Below, in pieces: positions 56,742 to 64,000 of a stretch of 64,000 nt of DNA. How positions within the stretch are numbered: the stretch's first letter is position 1; each line of letters starts with the position of its first letter. The stretch comes from Antedon mediterranea (lineage: Eukaryota > Animalia > Echinodermata). The position numbers were made by a program, and so were the translations under genes. The notes below the pieces were generated by a model. The model saw only the letters and a list, made by a program, of their open reading frames with translations. It had not been told where the DNA came from and searched no databases. The stretch spans positions 35,532,437 through 35,596,436 of the forward strand of contig NC_092672.1 in NCBI RefSeq assembly GCF_964355755.1, read 5' to 3'.

Positions 56742-59700
56742 ATTGAATCATGCCTGTACTGTTTGTGGACAGTCGAAAAGCAATGCCGTAAGTGCAATAA
56801 ATAAAAAGATAACAAAAACAAAATAGATAAAAGTAAATAAATGAAGAGTGGAACGAAAATTTAATTTGCACTATTAGGCCTAGGAGTCATTTAAGCAAGC
56901 GCATATTCAACAACGTATGTATATTTAGATGTTATATTTTTCTATGCAATAAACGTATTTTTCAAAAATGATGTTTTGTTTACTCGTAGACTTCTATTAA
57001 AAAGATAAATATTTGGCGTTCCATAAGCGTAATACTTGATGATGACCATGATGACGTGAAGATGATGTTCACTTTTATTCCACTAGGCTATTTTGATAGA
57101 GCCATGAATCTATTTTTATCCCTTGTGACAAAAAAGTGATTTGCCCATATGAACATGATGATGTCATATCATTTAGGCACATCACACTTTTTTTTTGTCA
57201 AACTAGTTTGATAGTGTAGACAGAGCTTTAAACACACTAAACATGGTAGCCTATACAGTAGGCTAACAACAGTGACAAGTTATTTTACACGATACTAATT
57301 AAAATACTTACGAACACTCCAATATAAACTGCGATGACGCAAAAAATCGAAGATCGTTGATTAAAATGTGAATTATACGAAGAATTGCATTGCCAAAAAG
57401 ATGAAACCAAAGTAAGTCGGAGAAATTCAAAATACGTATAACAATTGTGGTGACGATGAAAACAAAATCGAAGTGATGAAAAATTCTGTTGTAAAATAAA
57501 TCTGAAAAAATTCCAATCGAAGTGTAGAGAAAAAAAATGTGAAAAATACGAAGGAAAACTCAAACGGATGAAAATCAATCGAAGAGACGAGAGGTAAAAC
57601 TGAAAAAACGCTGATGAAAAAATCCTGTCGTAGAAAGAAATTCGAATAAAAAAATGTTGTTTGCTGTTAAACTTGACGTCGGCAACTCAAAACCTCAATA
57701 CTTATTACGTCATACTTTAATAAAGTGTACACTAGAAAATGTGTACAAAGAAAAGCTATTGGTACCCAAACAGGATGAAAATTAATAAAAATCGAAGTAG
57801 TAACGATGAAAATAAAGTTAATGATGAAATAAATTCGAAGTGGTAAAAAAATCTGTCGTAGATAAAAAAAAAAGGAAAATTCGAATAAAAATCCTTCCTG
57901 TACCGAATTCCTAAAAGTTGTCCGAAGTTATTCTAAACAAACCTTACAACTGACCATGGTCAAAATAATCCAACAATAAACGTATACAATTAATATTGGG
58001 TCTATAATTAATTCAATTAATAATTTTCATCACATGGTTGGTTTACTCGCCTAGTTTACTAGTTTCGCCATTTTGTACATGCTTCCTTCTAAAACAAAGA
58101 ATAACTAAGTGCGTGCCAATGGTGGTATGTTGTACTTTCATATTCAAATTAGTATTCTCAACAAGTGTGATGTGCCCAAATATGGTAGTGATATGCTTAA
58201 ATATGTTAGTGATATGACATCATCATGTCCATATATGGGCACATCACATTTTTTGTCACATAAAGTTTGATAGTGTAGACAGAGCTTTAGATATTAATAA
58301 TTGCACATATCATCAAATCCAGACAGTGATGTTTTTCATAAGACATAGCAATCGGGTGGCACTCGGTTCATATCGGGTACATATCGGTCGATAATTCGTG
58401 TTTCAAACACAAGAACCGAATTTCTCTGTATACTAAGTCTATACTGTACAATTGCTTTTAATAATTATCAATATTATACAGTACAGTACTAGTAATTGAA
58501 AGTAATTACGTAAGCGCATCGGACGTAATCTGACCAATCACGACGCGATGGATCGCACTAAATGTCGCTTGTGATTGGTCACTTGCGTTGCGCGTACATC
58601 GTCGTGTCCAAGTGATGAGCACCAAGATTTAATGTCCATCTATTTGTCAAAACTAAATTTTTAATGACGTATACACATATTTACTGTTGCATAATACTGT
58701 TTCATAATACACTTTATGTTTTCATTGAATAAAGATAATTATGTAAATCAATATTTAAAATATACCAGACATTTAATTAATTTTGTATATCACAATTTGA
58801 AAAAAAGGCACTGTATTACACAAATAACGAATGTTTATGAGTTGAATGAGAATAATATTTCATAAAATTGAGGATTGACAGTTCTATAAAATATTCTCTC
58901 CATTCAACAAATACAAAACATTCATTATTTTTATAACACACCTACTGTTGTAAGACTCTGTCTAAACAATCAAACTAGTTTGAAAAAAATAATGTGATGT
59001 GCCCAAATATGGTAATGATAAGCCCATATATTGTAGCGATATGACATTATCATGTCCATATATGGGCACATCACATTTGTTTGTCATATAAAGTTTGATA
59101 TAGTAGACAGAACTTGATATAAACCTTTGTTCAATTCATCTGCCCCTTTCATCTTGAATCAATGTCAATAGCAAAAATCTGAACATGCAATAGAACCATT
59201 AAATATCACTTTCCTGTGCAATAGAACTAATACTCAACAGCATGTGATACGAAATTAACCAATCAGATGAATCATAAATATTTAAAAAATGTTTGTTTAT
59301 AGAACTGTGCAAAAATATATTTATATAACAATTGCATATTTCATAAATAAATAAATACAAATAAAATATAGTATAAATGCTCTTGCAAATTATTCATTCA
59401 TTCATTTTTTATTTCGGAAAAAAATAAGTCTCCAAGAACAAATTATATAACTCATACTGTACTGTCTTGTAAACAAATAAAAACAATTTAAAATGTGTTT
59501 TAAAATGTTTAGCGATCTGAAATATATAAATATAAAATATTCATACAATACATATAGTTCATGTTTTTAGTTTGTTATAAAACAATATTTCTTTATTAGT
59601 TTCAAATGTTCAGCTGTTGAAATTGAAAGCAAAATTAATAAAATCCAATATAATACTAGGATGAAAATATCTGTATTTAATTTTATTGCCTTAAAAAATG

Positions 59701-59789
59701 GCTATTATAGATAAATAGTAATTCATCTGGCTTTGGTCATTTTTGGGGCACACTTTGCCAACCACCATCGTGCTGTCATAAATAACCGT

Positions 59790-62375
59790 TTAGCTCCTTT
59801 GTTCTGTTGGTCGCATAATTATATCATGAATCTGTAAACAAAAAATAAAACAGTGTTCCTTAGTTTCCAGTTAAGCTTTAGGACCACTATAAATACCTTT
59901 TATATCACTCCCTAAGTTAACAACAATAAATTGAGAGACTGTAAATTGTGTGCAGGTAAAAAAGCAGTATCTATAAAATTTGAGCAAGTTGGGTGTATTA
60001 ATGAGCATCCAGTAGACATTGATTCATCCATCCATCTTCAAACTTGGTGGGTGGGTGCAGCTCGGTGTAAAGCTCTGTCTACACAAACAAACTTCATGTG
60101 ACAACAACATTTGATGTGCCCATATGGACATGATGATGTCATATCACCACCATATTTTTGCACATCACACTTTTTTGTCACATAAAGTTTGATAGTGTGG
60201 ACATATCTTTAGAAAAAACAAGTTTGCATTTATTATGTCGTCAAGGTCAAAGGTCATGGCAACTCCCCTCTCTTATTTACATAATTTGAATGAATCATTA
60301 ATGTTACCATCAACTTAATTACATTACATGAGATACTAAATATATCCTCCTATAAACTTACCTGACAATGTGGAGGGGCATGCAACGCATGGATCAAGGA
60401 GTTAGCAATGTCATCCGCCTCTAAGTTCTACAAAAACAAAGCACACACAGTAGATTTAAGCACTATACAACATCCCATAGATGTGATCATGGAGGTATAA
60501 CATTATTATTTTATACCTCCATGATGTCATGTACACTATGGATAGAGATCAGGGGTTAAAGGGCCTAGATCAGTGGTTAAAGGGCCTGGATCGGTGGTTA
60601 AAGGGCCTAGATCAGGGGTTAAAGGGCCTAGATCAGGGGTTAAAGGGCCTAGATCAGTGGTTAAAGGACCTAGATCAGTGGTCTATTTCCTGGAAGACTG
60701 ACCCTCAATGGCCTTGTTACCTCAATCTTTAGAATGTTTTACCTTCATTCGGCTATATATTTCGTTGCCTTTTTCTTCTCCTCTCATCCTTATTGAAAAC
60801 TCAGTTTTAACCATACCTGGAGAAATACTCTGATAATAATAAATAAATAAAAGTTATTAGTGTAAACACACTTTAATTAACTAAAAGAACTAAAAGTAAC
60901 GTGGGTTTTCCCAAGGCAACCCCCCCAAGTGTAGCGACCCTTGATGTAACACTAAAGAACTTACCGTGATCCTGATGTTAGATTTCTTGTTTCGTAGTTC
61001 CTGGCGAAGTCCTTCTGTCATTGCTGTAACCATATACTTTGTGCCGCAGTAAAATCCTGAGCCTACTACACGGTGACCACTTGTACTGACATGGCAAATA
61101 GAAAATCAATTTACTATTTATTCAGTTTTTGGATTATATGGTCTAATCAGCACCTCTAAAAAAGTTGGTGCAAGATTTTGGTCAACTTTTATCGCTCAGC
61201 CGGTCATAATCGACAATGTCAGCATAGGATGCAAGTATGTTGCAAACTTTGCTGGCTTGCCCTCTATCTTAAACTGCCCTTTATCTAAGACTGCCCTCTA
61301 TCTTAAACTGCCCTCTATCTTAGATTAACATTATGGCAAATCTTGCTTTGTGAAAATATAAGAGAAAAAAATATCACTAGAGTTGGTTAAGATGAGAGAA
61401 TATGTTTTTTTGGCTTAATCGTGACACTTTCGACACTTTGTTATATAATTGGCTGCCATGATTCTACATCTAACCTGTTCAAGTGGAATATATGGCCATC
61501 ATCTACACCTCTCTCGGCCATTTGGTTTAGAGATTCTCGTGTACAGATCGCAAGAGCCAACACATTTACCTAAAAAATAGTCAGTGATGACAAGAAATAA
61601 AGTTTCCACAAGAAAAGGGAACAATCTCTGTTCAAGCCACTGGATTGTCAAAGGCCTCTGTAAAAAACTGCTCAACCGTACTGAACACTTTTGGTAGATT
61701 TCAAAAGAAATAATATTAAAAATATATCTAACTCACCTCCAGCATGTGTCTCCAATGTTCGGTTTTGCCGGACATCAATGGACAATCAAATCCAAGTCCA
61801 GCGTTGTTAACACAGACATCAACTCCGCCAAACTTCTCTTTGATTTCAGCAAACATGGCTAAGATTTCATCCTCTTTAGTAACGTCACATTTCACTGCAT
61901 GGAGAAGACCAGGGGCGTTCTGGGATTTCAGTTCTTCTGAAATTGCCTTTTATGTAACAATAATTAGAATTTTTACCTAACAAAGTAACATATTTTGTTA
62001 TTATAATTGCACCTTTGTTTTGCTTCACTCACGTCCTCATAATACATCTCAGTAGGCTATATTGGTTATTATTGGTGGCTAAATATATGCACCAAGACCT
62101 GACCAACTAGTTTACTATTATGTTGGCTTTAGCATAGCTTTAAACGATTTATCAAGGTTCGTATACATAATATCATATAGTATAATTGCTAGGCCTAGCC
62201 TAGTACGTACTTAAGGCTTAAGTTAAGCCTAACCTACCTTGACTTTATCGACTCCATTGTTCGCACACCCAACCACTTTCATTCCATGACTTACTAACTT
62301 TTTAGCGATAGCTGCACCAATACCTACAGATGCACCAGTTACCAAAGCCACACGTCCAACCCAACGATCTGCCAT
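59790..62375 (-). CDS. DHRS11: Short-chain dehydrogenase/reductase, DHRS11-like (7 exons)
   Basis: MADRWVGRVALVTGASVGIG, NNAG, NSTSGHR, YCGTK (YxxxK), EGLRQEL, SISPGMV and IHDIIMRPTEQ. Exons 62375-62238, 61946-61737, 61569-61475, 61085-60965, 60829-60743, 60427-60362, 59831-59790. Confidence 0.93.
60543..60681. repeat. 21-bp intronic minisatellite
   Basis: tagatcaggggttaaagggcc about 6.5 times. Confidence 0.92.
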
Positions 62376-63074
62376 TTTATATTCAAAACAATCCTAAAAC
62401 TTAGCAAATAAATAGGCCTACTGGTCGTAGAGCAGCAGAGAACAGTGAGTCTGAGACTGTGTGCAGTCAAGCGTAAAACCAAATTGCATTTATAAATTTG
62501 CATAAAGCGCCACCACATAGCCCTGGGAACAGCACTCTAAAACCTGGAACTTTGACCAATTCGGACTGTATAAACACAGAACAAATATTTATCTTCGGAT
62601 CCGAGTGTAGAAGAAAATGTAAAACCAAACCCGAATTGACCGATTCATTGTTAAAACGCCAGAAATTGTGACAAAAAAATGATTTTTTTATTTATTTATT
62701 ATTTATCTAAAAAAAAAACATTTTTTTAATCAATATATACCTAAGCAAATATACATTAATTATACTTGTATTAAGTGACCTACATATTCAATTAATATCA
62801 GCAAGACAATCTTGCCTTGGTATCAGAGGTTACGAATTATCCGTAAATATGTGATTCCTTCATTCATAAATAATCATCATTCAATTAATACCATATAACT
62901 AAAATTATCAAAGTCATGACACTAAACTTATAAATCAATCTCTTTGTATTTAATCCGTAACGTTTTTGAATATAGGCCTAATGTTGACTGCTGTTTGAAC
63001 CTCGTAGCCTCATGGATCCGATGGTGATGGGTACATTGTCTTGTTCATATTCTCCTCATTTTTCGATAAGCCCA

Positions 63075-63330
63075 TTAGGTGTCCTGGTCAATTGGTCTTA
63101 AAATGATGTCATGAATCTGAAAATAAATTTCAAAATTTAAATTAAATATTGACGTAATAAATGCTAGTTAGTAAATGTTTGCCTATAATTAAGTACAGGA
63201 AGCCGTTTCTGTGGCGGCCTGAAGTTATATTATTATAAAATACTTTTTGAGTTAATAAACTTACTTGACAATGTGGTGGTGCGTGTAGAGCATGAACCAA
63301 TGCATTGGCAATATCATCAGGATTAAGACT
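63075..63330 (-). CDS. Last two exons of a second DHRS11-like paralog (continues beyond the window)
   Basis: Exons 63330-63265 (SLNPDDIANALVHALHAPPHCQ) and 63116-63075 (IHDIILRPIDQDT*), with the same intron position as the neighbouring gene. Confidence 0.88.
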
Positions 63331-63433
63331 CTATATTCAAAATTTAATATCGAGAAAAAACATTACGAACTATCATTTTTATTATCAAGCATATTACACC
63401 TGACGTAGCCTACATTCCTAAATTTTATAAATA

Positions 63434-63833
63434 CCATATTTATTCGAATAAACGCCTCCCTCGAAGAACCTCGTTTGGAATAAACGTCCGCTTCAAATAA
63501 ACGCCCCGGGGCCTTTATTTTTCCCCGCAAATAAACGTCCATCACATGCATATACACACAATTATGTATTATATAACAACTATTTGTAGTAGAATTCATT
63601 GACTTCTGTGATCTACAATATTTACTAATCATTTTATTATACTTTCTAATGTATGTTTATCATTTCTTGATATTAATTGAGTTTTTTTTCATATTTAGGA
63701 AGAATTTATTTTATTATACATGTTACCATATTATTACATCCAAACAAATAAACGCCTCCCTCTAATAAACGCCCCTTTAAAAACCCTCCCCAACATCAAT
63801 AAACGCCCCGAGCGTTTATTCGAATAAATACGG
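63434..63833. mobile_element. Tc1/mariner-type MITE with TA target duplication
   Basis: ta-ccatatttattcgaataaacgc ... gcgtttattcgaataaatacgg-ta. Partial copies lie near 15400, 39040 and 40900-41035. Confidence 0.8.
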
Positions 63834-64000
63834 TAACTTCTCAGTTCCAGGGATCATACCAGTAGTACAGGGCGCCGTCCGACATACTATCTACGTCATG
63901 ATGTGTCGGATGGCGCCCCGTATCTAGTACAGTACATCACGGACACGAGTGCCATTCCCATGGAGAGGTATTATTTAATATGTTCAAAAAATTATAATTA

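Noticed and set aside
60529-60732. Heptad LKGLDQG ORF resembling a coiled-coil peptide
   Set aside because: It is the translation of a 21-bp intronic minisatellite, antisense to the SDR gene.

Overview
AT-rich, intron-containing animal genomic DNA. A marine invertebrate deuterostome such as an echinoderm is inferred from the ST8Sia-type sialyltransferase expansion, the Deu/Nin-type SINE and a 2A-like motif in a LINE; the taxon cannot be proven from the sequence. The left 28 kb is an accessory, repeat-dense block. It holds a young but frameshifted BEL/Pao LTR retrotransposon and three tandem alpha-2,8-sialyltransferase-like (GT29) copies in progressive decay (apparently intact, MITE-disrupted, internally deleted). 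It also holds hairpin 26-bp minisatellites, a minimal type I hammerhead ribozyme, LINE fragments and an unannotated spliced pseudogene. The right part carries ALKBH2 (with an in-frame TGA in its N-terminal extension), an intronless ~900-aa multi-pass membrane ORF reading into an antisense LINE tail, a 24-exon HIRA gene, tRNA-Val-like pseudogenes, a Ly6/uPAR-type GPI-anchored gene and two tandem DHRS11-like SDR genes. No CRISPR or prokaryotic system is present. All calls come from manual reading and translation; no database search was run.
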